Source: Callorhinchus milii
Taxonomy: Eukaryota
Direction: 5' to 3'
Length of the DNA stretch: 64,000 nucleotides
NCBI RefSeq assembly: GCF_018977255.1
Contig: NW_024704742.1
Span: forward strand, 93,932,001 to 93,996,000
The notes under the pieces were generated by a model that worked only from the letters and a program-made list of their open reading frames with translations, searched no databases and was not told the origin of the DNA. A program made the translations under genes and the position numbers. Positions 24,564 to 38,213 of the stretch are shown in pieces. Positions within the stretch are counted from its first letter, which is position 1, and the number at the start of each line of letters is the position of its first letter.

Positions 24564-25774
24564 CGATAAGAATTATTGTTTCTTCTCCCTTTTTCTCTCT
24601 TCCCCCACCCTCTCTCCCTTCACTATTTGTAGAGCATGTATTGATATTAATGTAGGAAAGTTAGAGTCTTGAAGGTCTATGGGACTCGGGCAGAGCAGTG
24701 GCATTGAAAGCACAGCTTGCTCCGAGAGTTGATGTGGACTCGATGGGCCGGATGGCCTCCTAACAGATTTACTGTTCTGTAAATTTCTATGATTCTACTT
24801 TGCCTTAAACGTGCATTAAATCCGCCTGCTATGTTTGCTTACAAATTTAAAATCAGATTAATGTACAATAATTGAAAATATTAACAGTGGTTGCAAGTGA
24901 TTTATGTTATCATTGAAGACTTAATTGTAGGGCAATAGAGCAGTTTTAAAGGGATTGTTACCGAGGAGTAACTGGAACCAATTGCCTTGTGACTAATACA
25001 AGGTATCATGATCTCAGCCTGGCTCAGTTGATAGCACACCCACCTCTATAGGTTTGTGGGTTCATGTCCCACGTTGGGACTTGGAACTCGTATCGGGTAA
25101 ACTGACACTCCAATGCAGTGCCGGGGCTGTGCTTCATTGTCGGAGGTGCTGTCCCTCGGATAAGACTTTCTTTAAAAAAAAGGTCCCGTATGTCTGTTCA
25201 GGTGCATGTTAAAGATCCGTTGGTCTCATTGTGTTTTCCGGTATCCTGGCCAACAAACCATCTCGCCTCCCCCCACACCCCAAAATAAAATTGATCATTC
25301 ATTTCATGGCTGATTGTGGGAATTTACTATGTGTAAATTGGCTGCCGTGTTCACTTACAAAATACACTGTCCCTAAACATTACAGTGTATTGGGATATAC
25401 TACCGTCCTCCCGACTTGAAAGGCACTCTACAAATGTAGTTTTGTATTGTATATCCGCTGAAGGTCTTTGAGACATGTATCAAATGCAAGGCTTAGTAGT
25501 AGCAGTAACATATGTATGTAAATATATGTATGAGTATGTCCTACATCAGAGGTATATTGCTGCAGCAAGTCCAAATGGTGAGATTGTGATCTGAGATTGC
25601 TGTTGTGGAAAGCTGCTGAGGGGAAGTACAGCTATTTCCTCACGAGGGTTGGAAGCAATCAGATGACCAATCGTCGTGGACATCTTGAATTGAACTCAGG
25701 CTGGTTGGCAGTAGAGGGCAATGGGGAAGGCTATGAGGAATTCTCTGGATAGCTACTGAAGTAGCTATCCAGGG

Positions 25775-27680
25775 CTCTCCCTCACGCTCTGCAATCTAGG
25801 TCCGCCTCTCTCCTCATCTCCCAGCTCCACCTTCTGGCCCCTCTCCTGTCCGACGTCATCAACCTCTCCTTATCCACCGGTTCAGTTCCCACCCCCCTAA
25901 AAACAGCCGTCATCACCCCCATCTTGAAAAAACCTTCTCTGGACCCATCCCTTCTCTCCAGCTACCATCCCATCTCTAACCTCCCATTCCTCTCCAAGGT
26001 CCTGGAACGAGTCGTTGCGTCCCAGCTCCGCTCCTTTCTCTCTCGCCATTCCCTCTTTGAACCCCTCCAATCCGGCTTCCGCACTGCCCACAGCACGGAA
26101 ACAGCCCTGGTCAAAGTCACTAATGACATTCTGAACATCTGTGATCAGGGCTCCCTCTGCCTCCTTGTCCCCCTCGACCTCTCTGCCGCCTTCGACACTG
26201 TCGACCACTTCATTCTCATTCACCACCTCTCCTCTTTACTTAATCTTCGCGCAACTGCCCCTGCCTGGTTCGATTCCTATCTCTCTCACCATCTCCACTT
26301 TATTGCCTCTAACGGTTTCTTCTCCAGCCCCCGCACTGTCACATCTGGTGTCCCCCCCAGGGCTCTGTCCTTGGCCCTCTCCTCTCTAATATCTACATGC
26401 TCCCCCTTGGTGACATCATCTGCAGACATAGGGTCAACTTCCATATGTATGCGGATGATACCCAATATCTTTCTGCCTCCACCCTAACTCCAGGACCACT
26501 GCTGTCCTGACAGACTGCCTGTTGGACATCAAGTCCTGGATGAGGGCAAATGTCCTACAGTTGAATGTGAACAAGACTGAGGCCCTCCTGATTGGCTCAC
26601 ACCAGCGCCTCAGCACCTCAGGCTCTGGCAGCATCAGCCTCCATGGTTGCACACTTCAACTCACCAAACCAGTCAGGAACCCAGGTGTCTTGTTCGACCC
26701 TCAACTATCTTTTCTTCCCCACATCCAAGCCATGACCCGCTCTGCCTTCGAGTCCTGGACGAGAGACAACTTTCTTCAGCTCAACGTACGTAAAACTGAG
26801 GCCCTCCTGATTGGCTCACGTCAGCGCCTCTGCACCTCAGGCGCTGACACCATCAGCATCCAAGGCTGCACTCTCCACCTCTCAAAGCCATCAGGAACCT
26901 CGGGGATCTGTTCGACCCTGAGCTGTCCTTTCTCCCTCATATCCGCGCCACAACTGGCACCGCCTTCCATCACCTCCGGAACAACGCCAGTGAAAGGCGC
27001 TCTATAAATGGAATTTTGTTGTTGTTGTTGCCTTCCGTCACCTCCGTAACGTCGCCCGACTCCGCCACTACCTCACTCCTCAGGGCGCTGAAACTCTTGT
27101 TCATGCCTTCATCACCTCCAGGCTCGACTCTGCAAATGCCCTGCTTGTCAGCCTTCCCAACTCCTCCCTCCACAGGGCTGCAGATAATCCAGAACTCCGC
27201 AGCCCGTGTCCTCTCCCGCACCTAACTCCGTGACCTCATCTCCTCCCTTCTCCATTGGCTCCCTATCCTTCAGAGGATCCAGTTCAAGATCCTGGTCCTC
27301 ACCTACAAAGCCTTACACAGCCTCGCCCCACCCTACCTCTGTGACCTCCTAACCCCTTACCAACCCACCCGCTCCCTCCGCTTAGCCGGCTCCGGCCTGC
27401 TCCATGTCTCCCGACCCACCCGCCACACCATTGGCGGGAGAGCCTTCAGCCACTCTGCCCCCAATCTCTGGAATTCCATCCCCCAATCACTCCGCCTCAC
27501 CCCCTCCTTAGCCTCCTTCAAATCCCGCCTCAAGACCCTTCTCTTCGACCATGCGATCGGCCAACCCCCTTCCCCTCTCCTCCCTTCTCACTTCCTGACC
27601 CCAGCTCGGGTCTGAAATGTTGTACTCTGTTCAGCGCCTTGGGACATCCTCCCGATGTGAAAGGCACTGTACAAATGTAA
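25775..27680 (+). mobile_element. L2-clade LINE mosaic (RT to 3' end, with internal duplication)
   Basis: KKPSLDPS..YHPISNLPFLSKVLERVVA, QSGFRTAHSTETALVKVTND, LDLSAAFDTVDH, YADD and LQLNVNKTE (the last present twice). It ends in an L2 stem-loop tail. Confidence 0.93.
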
Positions 27681-27681
27681 T

Positions 27682-27850
27682 CATAATAATAATAATAATA
27701 ATCCTTGCATTTGATATAGCGCTTTTCACGTCAGGAGGATGTCCCAAAGCGCTTCACAGAACACACTATAAAGTGAATTGATTGTATATTTGTAGGCGAA
27801 CGCCTCTCGCTTGCAAAGCGAGTGCTCTAACCACTGAGCTACAGGACTCC
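27682..27850 (-). mobile_element. Family A SINE with a large internal deletion
   Basis: The tail is joined directly to the head. Confidence 0.85.
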
Positions 27851-27859
27851 AGTACAGGA

Positions 27860-28630
27860 CTGTTGTTTGCCTCCGGTTCGACACCCAGCTGGCCTTCCTT
27901 CCCCACATCTGGTCCCTGACCAAGACTACCTTCTCCCACCTCCGCCACATTGCACACCTCTGACCGTACCTTACCCCAAATGCAGCCAAAACCCCGTGCA
28001 TGCATTTGTCACCTCTCGCCTGGATTACTCCAAGGCATTCCTTGCCTGTCTCCCCAGCTCCACTATTCAAAAGATTCAGCTCATTCAGAACTCTTACCGA
28101 CTGCATACTGACCCGGGCCAAACTCCATACCCGCAGCTCACCAGTGCTGCCCAGGCTCCACTGGCTCCTCATCATGAACGGATCAACTTCAAGATCCCCA
28201 CAATCGTGTTCAAATCCCTTCACTGTGTGGCACCTCCCTACCTCTCTGATCTCCTCATTCCCTAATCCACCACCCAGTGCTTCCATTCAACTGGCACTGG
28301 CCTCCTGCTCGTCCCTCGCACCCTTCACCCCACCATCGAGGTCGCGCTTTCAGCCACTATGCCCTGAAACTCTGGAACACTCTCCCTCAATCCCTCCATC
28401 TTGCCCCCTCTCTCCCCCTTTTCAAGTCCCACCTGAAAACTCTTCGACCATGCTTAACAACAACAACTTGGATTTATATAGCGCCCTCCACGCCGGATGT
28501 GGCTTATGGCCCCCCGGCCCCCCGACCCCCCACCCCGGCTTGGAGTCAGGCTCCGCCACTATTTAGCGTAGTGATGTAGTGAGACTCTGTCCTGTGTGGA
28601 GGGTGCAATGTAAGTGCAAGTTGTTGTGGT
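27860..28630 (+). mobile_element. L2 LINE 3' fragment
   Basis: VHAFVTSRLDY, IQLIQN and RINFKI motifs; tail ending GTGCAAGTTGTTGT. Confidence 0.85.
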
Positions 28631-28844
28631 TGAATTAGTGTTTTTGTTATTCCCATGTACTATGCCATAATGTTGTTCTCGTATTCATATTTAGACGTGA
28701 ATAGTCAGAAAAAAAAGTTTTTAAAAAAAACTTGATTTGATACAGCATGTTATCATATCAAAGGGTCTGAAATGTTATATCGAAAGGTCTGAAGTTGCTT
28801 CACGGATTATGTTTTGAATATGAATGTGATTTGAAGTGTGGGTA

Positions 28845-29079
28845 AGTGGGAACCCAGTTATTTGTCAATTGGCAGATCGCTTTCCAGGGATAATAATCCC
28901 TTCAAAATAAATAAATTGGTCACTCATTCCACGACTGTTTACGGGATGCTGAAATGCGCAATTAGCTGCCCGTTTCGCCCACAAATTACAGTCACAATAC
29001 TTTATATTCTGTGAAGCGCTTTGAGACGTCTCAACGACATGATAAGGCATGATATCATATGCAAAGATTATTATTATTA
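28845..29079 (+). mobile_element. Family A SINE, 5'-truncated
   Basis: Body and tail match the family. Confidence 0.85.
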
Positions 29080-31609
29080 GTGACTATGCTCATTGTAGGC
29101 AAATGTTCCTTTTTTTTATTTTGCATGTAGAGCAAGTGGGGGACATCTAGCCATTGTTTCTAGCCAAACAGGGTCGCCAGTGCTTAGCACAAGCTGCTCT
29201 GGCACTTAATGAGCAAACCTTCAGTGAATTTGACAGTGGAGGACTTTATTTTTGAGCCTGAATTTACGCTTGCTAAATATCTAAACATTTTGGCATGAGT
29301 CACTAGAGTAAAATTAGTAGTGGGAAAAACTGTCTGATTTTGTTTCTGTTCTCTCCGTCCTGTTCCTTTCCTTTCTCCAAGTGCAAAAGTGTTGAGGCCA
29401 ACACTTGTCATATTCCTAGCTGAGAACTGAGGTCTGCAAAAGTCAGGAATTGCAAGTACTGTACTTTCCTGGACTGAATATTTCAGTGGCACATTATTCT
29501 TCTACCCTTTAGCAACATCAGATCCTTGTCTGTATTTTCATTAATATCATCAACAGCCTTTTTATAGAGATTGTATAGAGATTCTTTTTATAGAGGCAAA
29601 AAAATGGGTGGTGTCTTTTATGCACTGTATTAATGATTTAGGTGTAAACCTGTAGAAAGGGAAGTGCAGGTACTCTTCAATATGTAATTAACAACCATGG
29701 ATGCTGCTGTGGAAAAGTGCATGCATTAGTTGAATTCTTGCTTTCCCATAGCAGATTGACATTTTTGTGGCAGAATGAAAGTACCTCTGCCCTGTATTTG
29801 GCCCTGTGACATTGGTTTGAGAGAGTTGGTTGCTCATACAATAGGCAAAACTGGAAAAATACTCCATTCCTCATAACCAACATGCCTAAGAATGGAAATA
29901 AAATGCAGACTTAAAAGCCCAAATGGTAAAACATTTGGTAGATGCGCAACACAATGTTAAATTATTAATACAGTAATACGTGTCATTTGAGGATTGTCAA
30001 TTTAATATTTTTCTGAGATTAATTTCAAGGTAACACTTAAGATGCCGCCTCTTCTATCTAATTTGGGCAATTTTGCATTGCTATTTCTTTATTTAAGCCG
30101 GTAGATGGGGAGTTCAAATTCTCCCACTGTATGTGCCGGAATCATAAGTGCAAACTCAGCATCTTTGCCGATATTCGTGCAGGCAGTTTTTAAATTTTAT
30201 GTAAACATCACTTCCTTATAATCCTAGACATTTATCTTGACTCTGGAGAAGACAGTGTTTACTGTAGGGAGACCGGGTTTCTTCAGTACGGTTGCTTATG
30301 GATACTAACTGAACCGTGTGATTCCATTTTTGAACTCGACTTTGCCCTGGATGTCTCTGTTTCAATTATTACATTATTTGTTCAGCTTATGGTAACCCAT
30401 AAATATGTGGGTTTAATTGTGTTCACAATGGACATTGGAAGCTCACCTACCTGATTTATTAATATTACTGCCAGCATTGCTACAGAGTCAGTGTTTTGCA
30501 GCTTGGATGATTTCATGCTGTGTGCCAGTGGAGCCTGAAAGACTCATTGTCCATTGAAAGAATCCAGATGGTAACTGGAAAGGCTGAGTTTGTGGCGAGG
30601 TAAAGTAACACTGAAGTCAGTAAACTTGAAGTTGGGCAGGTGGGGGAGTGGGAGTGGGAGTGAGAGTAGAGTAAATAGGCTCAGTGGAGAGTTTTTTTTA
30701 AAAAAAGTCGCTGTCCTAAAGGATCTGACTCATGCTGAAGTAAAGTTCCACCACCGGTGCCAAGCTTACCCAAATGGTTGTTCTTTATGTAAGAGTCTAG
30801 ACAGTGACTGTTGAGCAGTTCTTTGACCGTGGAGGATATTTGACTGCCAATTGCATCACTGGGTCATTGAATAACAATTAGGGGTGTCCCCTTTTCTTTC
30901 CCTATCTCAGTGTCACTGAGACCAACTCTAACCTGTACAATTGCCCTGACTGAAATCAGCTAAGTCAGCAAATATTTAACCTGGGACCTGCTCTCCTCCA
31001 CTTCAGACCCGGCAGTGCTTTTATCAGCTAAGCCAACAGAGGAGCCATCAACACTGTTATTGAACCTCCCAGAATGGAAGAAAGTAGGGCAACAAAAAAG
31101 GCTGCTTTAGCTCAGTCTAGTTAACCATGGGAGTCAAGATTTATGTACCGGATCTTAAGAGACCCTTTTTTAAATTTCCCTCAAGTCTAGCTATTGAGCC
31201 AATCAACTATTTGTTGGGCCAGGAATTAGTCAATTTTTCCTGCTTCCACTATGTCGAACGTCTTTCAGTAACTCGTTATAAAATTCAAATACAGATTGTA
31301 GATTCAGATCGCAGAATAAACTCCTTAAAATATTGCTCGTATGGTTTATGATTTCTCTGGTTTATTGATTATGTCACAACTAAATAACAAACTTCAGTTT
31401 TATTTTCTCTGCATATGCTTGTAAAATGGTATAATGGTGCAATAAATATTCTTTTGTTGCACTTTTAAATCTATGGAACATGTGTGCAATCAACAGCAAT
31501 ATACATAACCATTACAGCAGAAGTTTAGTTTGCTTCTGAAGTATCTGTTGTACCTTGAACACAGCCTTACTAAACTTGCTGCAGAATGTTGCAGTTCACA
31601 GATCATAAG

Positions 31610-32700
31610 GTAATAATAATAAGAATAATAAAGAAGACTTTTCAGCCCATTTTATCTCATTCTTTCAGAATACTAATCCTACTGTTTTCCAATTACATCA
31701 TCAAGCTGTTTTTAAATATATCCTGATCTCAACACTCTTCTTGGTAATCCTCTCCAGCTGTTGATCACTCTATATAAAATAATGCTTCCTGGTGTCTGTT
31801 CTGAAAATGTCTTTAACAACCCTGAACCTATGCTCTCTTGTCCTACATGCTTGAGGTTTCAAAGAAGTTTTCTGGGTTAGCTTTATCTTTCCCACGAGCA
31901 TCTTGCATATCTATATAAGGTCCTTTCTGAGATGTCTCTTGTTGAGACCTAAGAGCTGTCTTATCTAGATAGCTCATTCCTCTAACATTAGGGATCAGCC
32001 TCATTGCTCCTCTCTGCACTGCCTCTGGGACCTATTGTTTTGTAACCTTTTGTCATGGAGATCAGAAATATTTGCTGTATTCCAATAGATGTCTGACCAA
32101 CCTCAGTCAAGCCTGAGTATTATTTCTGGAGATGTGAACTCAGTTGATTTGGCAATAAAGGCCAGCATCCTATTTGCCTTGTTTATTGGTGATACACACG
32201 GTTTAGTGAACAATGAGTCAGACTATGCTTGTCTTTTTCAACTTCTCTCTTGGCAAGTTCGCTCTGTGTTAGCCTCCTATTTTTACTTTCTGTGTGCTGT
32301 ACCATCCAGTTATCTAAATCGAACTTCATTTGGCAGTGATCCACCCAGGTGCGTACCCTGTTGAGCTCTTGTTCCGGGGTCTTGTCAAGCGCTTTGGGAT
32401 GTCCTCACAACATGTATAAGTGCTGTATAAGTGAACATTGTATTGAATCTCAGCAACTTCTTATTGCACATTTCCCCCATTCACCTTGTTGGTATCAGCT
32501 GCAAATTCTGCACAGTCCTCCCCTACGTTACACTAAGCCTGCAAACCTAGGCCATTCATAGTTTTTTAAATAATTTTTGAATAAAATATTTATATATACC
32601 ATACTAGGAACCAGACGAGTCCCAGCCACAGGCCTTTGAGGCTCGCCACCATTTCAACCTAGATCCCATTTTGATTCCCCTCTACTCCTTCCCCTTTGCC
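31610..32700 (-). mobile_element. Degraded CR1-clade LINE 3' region
   Basis: Typical reverse-strand CR1 3' sequence ending in (ATAAGA)-like repeats at about 31615. Confidence 0.6.
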
Positions 32701-34897
32701 GATTACTAATGGGTATGGATTAGTATTTGGCTAAAGGGAAGGAAGTCGTCAAAGCTCCTGGTAGGCGAAGAATGTGTAAATTTGAAACTATTGTTGGAGT
32801 TGCATACAGATTGCAGTGCTTTGAAAGTAGAACTGAAGTGAACTTACTTCTGATACCAGGTTGTAAGGAATCTTTGTGTGGTACTATGTCAAAGGATCTT
32901 TGAAAGTCTTGGTATGTTTTAGTCTGTGCTGTACCAGCAATCAGTCTTATGTTCCCACTGAGTGTTGTTGGCTTCTGGCCATTTGCATGTTCTTTCAGCT
33001 CGTGCCACAACTACCGCAATAGGTAAATGTCTGGAACCTGGGTGGGCCATTTTGGCTCAATAACCAGTTTATTTAGGAAGTCTACAAAGCTTCTGGTAGA
33101 CAAAAAATGGACAGCTTTAAAACTCTTGGCTAAACCGTGTGGGAAACTATGGTTGAAGGAACAGCATCTGGGCTATTTTGTATTTCATGAACAAAACAAG
33201 TGAATTTGTGCTGTCCTGCAGCACTTATGATTGAAAAGTTTATTTGTTCAGATAGAATACTGAGAGGTATATTTTGTATTCAAATTTAGTTAAGGGAGTT
33301 CTAATTTATTATGTTTTTAATGTACAGATAAACTGTAAAATACATTTCTTTAAAAAAAACTACATATCTTCTATTATAGCACTAATGTTAAAGTGCTTTC
33401 CCATGCTGTAATGTGTTTTGCGGAGCAGGTTAAAATATATAGACACCAGAACCGTCTTAATCATGCTGCCAAGCAATAGGAAGCACTTTTGCTGTAATAG
33501 CAGAATTTTTATAATTTGTTGTTTTGGTGTGAGTTGGAGTCATGTGTTAGCAACTTGAAATACTTTTACCCTTTTAGCATCGTCAGAAGTGATGGTGAAA
33601 AAAAGGACATAACCCAAACTTCAGCTTGTGTAGTTCCAGTGTTAGGGGGTGAGTGAGGGAAGCGGGGGGGAGGGGAGATGAAAAAAAGAGCAGTAATAAA
33701 AGCACAGTATTCCAGGTATGTTTTCTGTTATTCTGGTGTCTTTCTGTAACCATGTAACTCAACCTCCCAAACCACTCTGGACGAAGTACAATTCGACTAT
33801 ATTGTTATGAACGTGAATAAATCTTTTCATTAGTCACAAATATTCTTAACAATTGCAGATAAAGCTCAGGGTTGTTGTATTGTTGCTTTGCCAGTCCCGC
33901 AAAGTTTTAGGTTGGACTAAAGTTTTTTTAAACTGATATTAACCAAGGCTGGACGAACGCATTTTACAGGCGGTTTAGGCACGTGCCAAGGACAACCTTG
34001 GAAGGAAAGACCTTTCCTCCCTGTTGGTCTCTGGCAGACTGAGCCACTGCTGTCACTTGGCAGCCAGTTGCTGATTGTGGACAGATAGGTCTGGGACACC
34101 CAGGGAGAGTTGGAGCTGGAGAATGCGGTTAATCCGACTGGGGCAGGCTATGAGCTGGGTCAGAGCAATGCGACGGAAAGTTGGAAAAGCTGAAAAGACA
34201 TAGAGGAAAAAAAAATGTGAGCAAGAAATACCACCAGCAACTGGGGATAGAAGTAAAGAATCCTGTGTTTCATACCCGCTGCGTTATTGCCAACGAATTA
34301 AGCAAATAGCTCTGTTACCGATTACACTCGATGATTTTAACCTTATGCTGTAATATAACACATGGAAAGAGAAGAGGCCAATTGGCCCATCAAGCTCACT
34401 GCTCGACAGCTATGTGAAATCGACGCCATAATGGCACTCCACACTTGAACTCCTAAGGGAAACGTATCGTGCAGATGAAAAATAATAATAACAGCAATAC
34501 TCGCATTTGGTATAGCGTCTTTAGCATTGCGAGCTTGTTTCAAAGTGTGGGGACTGTATATTGTAGCAAACTCAACAGCCAATTTGCGCACAGCAATGTT
34601 CCACAAACAGCCATGAAGTAAATTATCAATTATATCCGTGGGATTGTTGGCCGAAACACCAGGGGAAATTCCCTTCTCTTTTTGAGTAGTGCCGTGGGGG
34701 CTTTAAAGTCTCATCCAAGGGATTGCATTCTAATCATGTGTCGCATCCCCAAGCACTGTATTGCTGTCCAGCCCAGACTACTTGTGAATTCAAAGTTCTA
34801 TTGTGGGTTTGAACCCACAACTTGATCCTCCCAGATACTCTCTGAACGATAAAAGTAATCAAGCAAAGATACCTCAGTATACATACCACATACCACA

Positions 34898-35380
34898 GGC
34901 TCCGCGACCCCATCACTCCCACCCTCGCCTGACTCCACTGGCTCTCCATCCCCCAGAGGATCGAGTTCAAGATCCTCGTCCTCACCTTTAAGGCCATCCA
35001 TGGCCTTGCCCCCTCCTACCTCTCTGACCTGCTGACTCCCTACCAACCTGCCCGCTCCCTCCGTTCATCGGGCTCCGGCCTACTCTATGTCTCTCGCCCA
35101 ACCTGCCCTACCATCGGTGGCCGGGCTTTCAGCCTCTCTGCCCCCACACTCTGGAACTCCATCCCACGGTCCCTTCGCCTCGCTTCCTCCCTTGCCTCCT
35201 TCAAGGCCGGTCTCAAGACCCTTCTCTTCGACCGTGCCTTTGGTCTCCCTCCCACCTCTCTGCCTTCCCTCACCCCTACACCACCCCTCCCCCATGCTCG
35301 GGCCCCGACATCTGACTGTTCAACGCTTTGGGACGTCCTCCCGATGTGAAAGGCGCTCTATAAATGTAATTTTGTTGTTA
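34898..35380 (+). mobile_element. L2 LINE 3' fragment, well preserved
   Basis: HITPTLA-LHWL..RIEFKILVLTFKAIHGLAPSYLSDLL; tail GTGAAAGGCGCTCTATAAATGTAATTTTGTTGTT. Confidence 0.92.
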
Positions 35381-35419
35381 TTTTCATATTTACATTTCTT
35401 GTTCCAATATTTATTTAGT

Positions 35420-35900
35420 TTTGGTCATCTAAGTCACATACAGAAACCCATCACCTTAATATCCAAATAAAACTGAAAAATCTACATATACATGCCACCT
35501 ACACGTGAAAATTTCTCTATATCTAGAATGAAATGCATATTTCTCCCTCAAGGAACACACCATGTTCATCTAATTTCAGAGAGTAATAAGCGCAGGTTGG
35601 TGAGAGCCAAGGAATTGTGGACATTAGAATGTGAGTTTGGGTACTGCTGGAGTTTAACCACCTAAAACTTGTCTGGCAATTTTCCCGCTGTTTTTCCAGG
35701 TAGGATCACCCTACCCATTGGGCTTTGGCTTGCGGGGTTAATGGGAGCTGAGTGGGAAGAATCTCTGCCCAGTAATTGGTCTGTGCCTCCCAAGTTGTGT
35801 CGATGATCTGTCAACAGCAGGCGTTCTGCACTACCCTGAAGTACTGCAATACCCTGGTTAACTTGATTCCGACATTTCATTGCCAAGCACGTCACCTTGA
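35420..35900 (-). mobile_element. 3' copy of the same RTE-X-like family
   Basis: Its reverse complement contains CCCACTCAGCTCCCATTAACCCCGCAAGCCAAAGCCCAATGGGTAGGGT, matching about 61056-61105. Confidence 0.75.
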
Positions 35901-35949
35901 TGCCAGCTCAGCTCCCAAAAAGGCCTCACTTACCTTCCCCCCACCTCTC

Positions 35950-36990
35950 CCGATACACTAATGGTAATTTTACCAATACTTATTACCTTGAAACTAATCA
36001 CATTAAAATCCAATTGCTTAATTAATCCAGACTTTCTTTAATGCTATTTATGTTCATGGTTTGCTATTACCAGCGAATTCAAAATTCTGTGAAATGCCTC
36101 CAGAACAGATCTCTATAAACTCTGCAACTCACTGCTTCTCAGAAAGCTTTTTACTATTTATCAACACCTCCTGCTTTTTATTGGTAAAGTGTTTTTCAAA
36201 TTAATTTTCTTATTTGCCACTTATTTTGCACCTTTTTAAAAACCTCATGTGTGAAACTTTGTCAATATTTTTTGTAATTCTACCTTATATTCACTGGGTA
36301 GCTCTTATCCACTAGTTTAATTACCCGTTCAATAAATTCTTGGACACGATTGAGGTTTGAACTTTTGAGTGTTGATTACTTCTTGTAGCATTAGTACTCT
36401 TTCAATGAGTATTGATAACATCAAGCAAAACTCTCTGAACCAATTTTCCCCAATACAAATGTGACACTAACTAGTCTGTAATTTACAGGCTGCTGTTTCA
36501 CTTTCTGTTAAAAAAATTAGGATAACATTTGCTATTCTGAAGTCATTAAGTACAGCTCCTGTGTTTACGGAGCTTCTAAAATTACTGTATTAACTGGAGC
36601 CTCACCTACTTCCTCTTTCATTTCCTTGTGGGTCCTAGGGTGTATCCTGTCTGACCGGGTTGCCTTATACACATTCAGTTCTTTGAGTGTCTAGTACACA
36701 TGCTCTACTGGTATTTACTTTAGGTAAAGATCCTTGAGCTGAAACAACTGGATGTGGAATTTGAGCATGTTCTTCATTTGTGAAAACTGTAGTGAAAAAT
36801 CAATTTAATGCACATGCCCTCTCTTGATCTTCTGTAATATCTCTTCCTGTTTAATCCTATAATACCTAGCAGGGCTTTAACACTCTGTCTAATATTAACA
36901 TAGTGGAAACATATCATGATCTCACTTGCTGCTGTCTGCAATCTGCTTTTCTGTTGTCCTCTAACTTCTTCTAGTTGCTCTTAAAGGAGC
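35950..36990 (-). mobile_element. Degraded CR1-clade LINE RT region
   Basis: The minus strand reads KATRSDRIHPR (cf. KSPGPDGIHPR), followed by an NYRLVSVT-like motif. Confidence 0.65.
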
Positions 36991-37237
36991 CAGCACAGAC
37001 ACAATGGGCCGAATGGCCTTCTTCCATGCTGTAAATGTCTTTGATTCTAATACTCCCTTCAGTTAACTGTTTGATCCTGGCCCTAATTCACTTTTTTCCC
37101 ATGATTATGTTTATTAATTTAGGGACCATCTGCACGTGATTCAGATGAATGTAAAGGCCTTTGCTGTTTCAAAGAAATGTGGAGTCTCCTCCCAGTAATC
37201 CTGATTTATATTCCGCATCCATTTTACCCCAAATTCA

Positions 37238-37608
37238 AATAATAATAATAATCATCCTTGCATTTGATATAGGGCTTTTCACGTCATCTATATGTCTTAA
37301 AGCACGTCACAGAATATACTGTAGAGTGAATTGACTGTATATTTGTGTACGAAACGTGGCAGCCAATTACGCACAGCAGTGTCCCACAAACAGTCGTGGA
37401 TGGAGTGACCAAATTATTATTTTTTGGGGGGGAATTATTACCCCGGAAAAAAGATCCACCAATCGACTAACAACTGTGTTTCTATTTACTGCTAGGTAAA
37501 CAGGCGTGTGGAGTAAGGAAACTTGCCCAACATTTAGCCCTGCCAGGAATCAAACCCAGGTTTCTCGCTTGCGAGGCAAGTGCTCTAACCACTGAGCTAT
37601 AGGATTCC
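37238..37608 (-). mobile_element. Family A SINE, full length
   Basis: Reverse complement of the family consensus seen in this window. Confidence 0.9.
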
Positions 37609-37977
37609 TATGACTTGGCTACTCATCTTGTTGTTTATGGGATGTTGCTGGCAGAAACCAGCCTGCATAACAACATTTACTTTCATTTCTAATCAATAAT
37701 ATCTTGTAGGACACGTTGAGACATTTATTTAAGTTTAAGGGTTAAGTTTGCATGAAAGCCGCTTTATATAAATGCAAGTTATTATTAATAAGATATGAAA
37801 ATGTAACTGCTGTATGCCATAGTGCCCACTTCCAAATCACTGATGAACTGCTAACCATTTCTCTTAGCCTCCAATTTTGCCTCTTAATTTTTTCTCCTCA
37901 AAAATATACAGTCACTCCACTTTACAGTATATCCTGTGAAGTGCTTTGAGAAACAATATTACAGACTCCATTTACTC

Positions 37978-38213
37978 TTCCCCCACCCTCTGGAACTCCA
38001 TCCCTCAGTCCCTCCGACTCGCCCCCTCCCTTGCCTCCTTCAAGACCCATTTCAACACCATCCTCTTTGAACGTGCTTTCTATCTCCCTGCTTCCCCCCC
38101 GGCCTCCCCGATCCCGACCACCAGCTCGGGTCCGAAACTCTGTCTGTCCAGCGTCTGGGACATCCTCCCAACACGAAAGGCGCTCTACAAATGTAATTTT
38201 GTTGTTGTTGTTG
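37978..38213 (+). mobile_element. L2 3' end
   Basis: PTLWNSIPQSLRLAPSLASFKT motif and (TTG)n tail. Confidence 0.88.

Noticed and set aside
25924..27007. Intact reverse transcriptase gene
   Set aside because: Frameshifts, internal duplication and 5' truncation mark it as a dead L2 copy.
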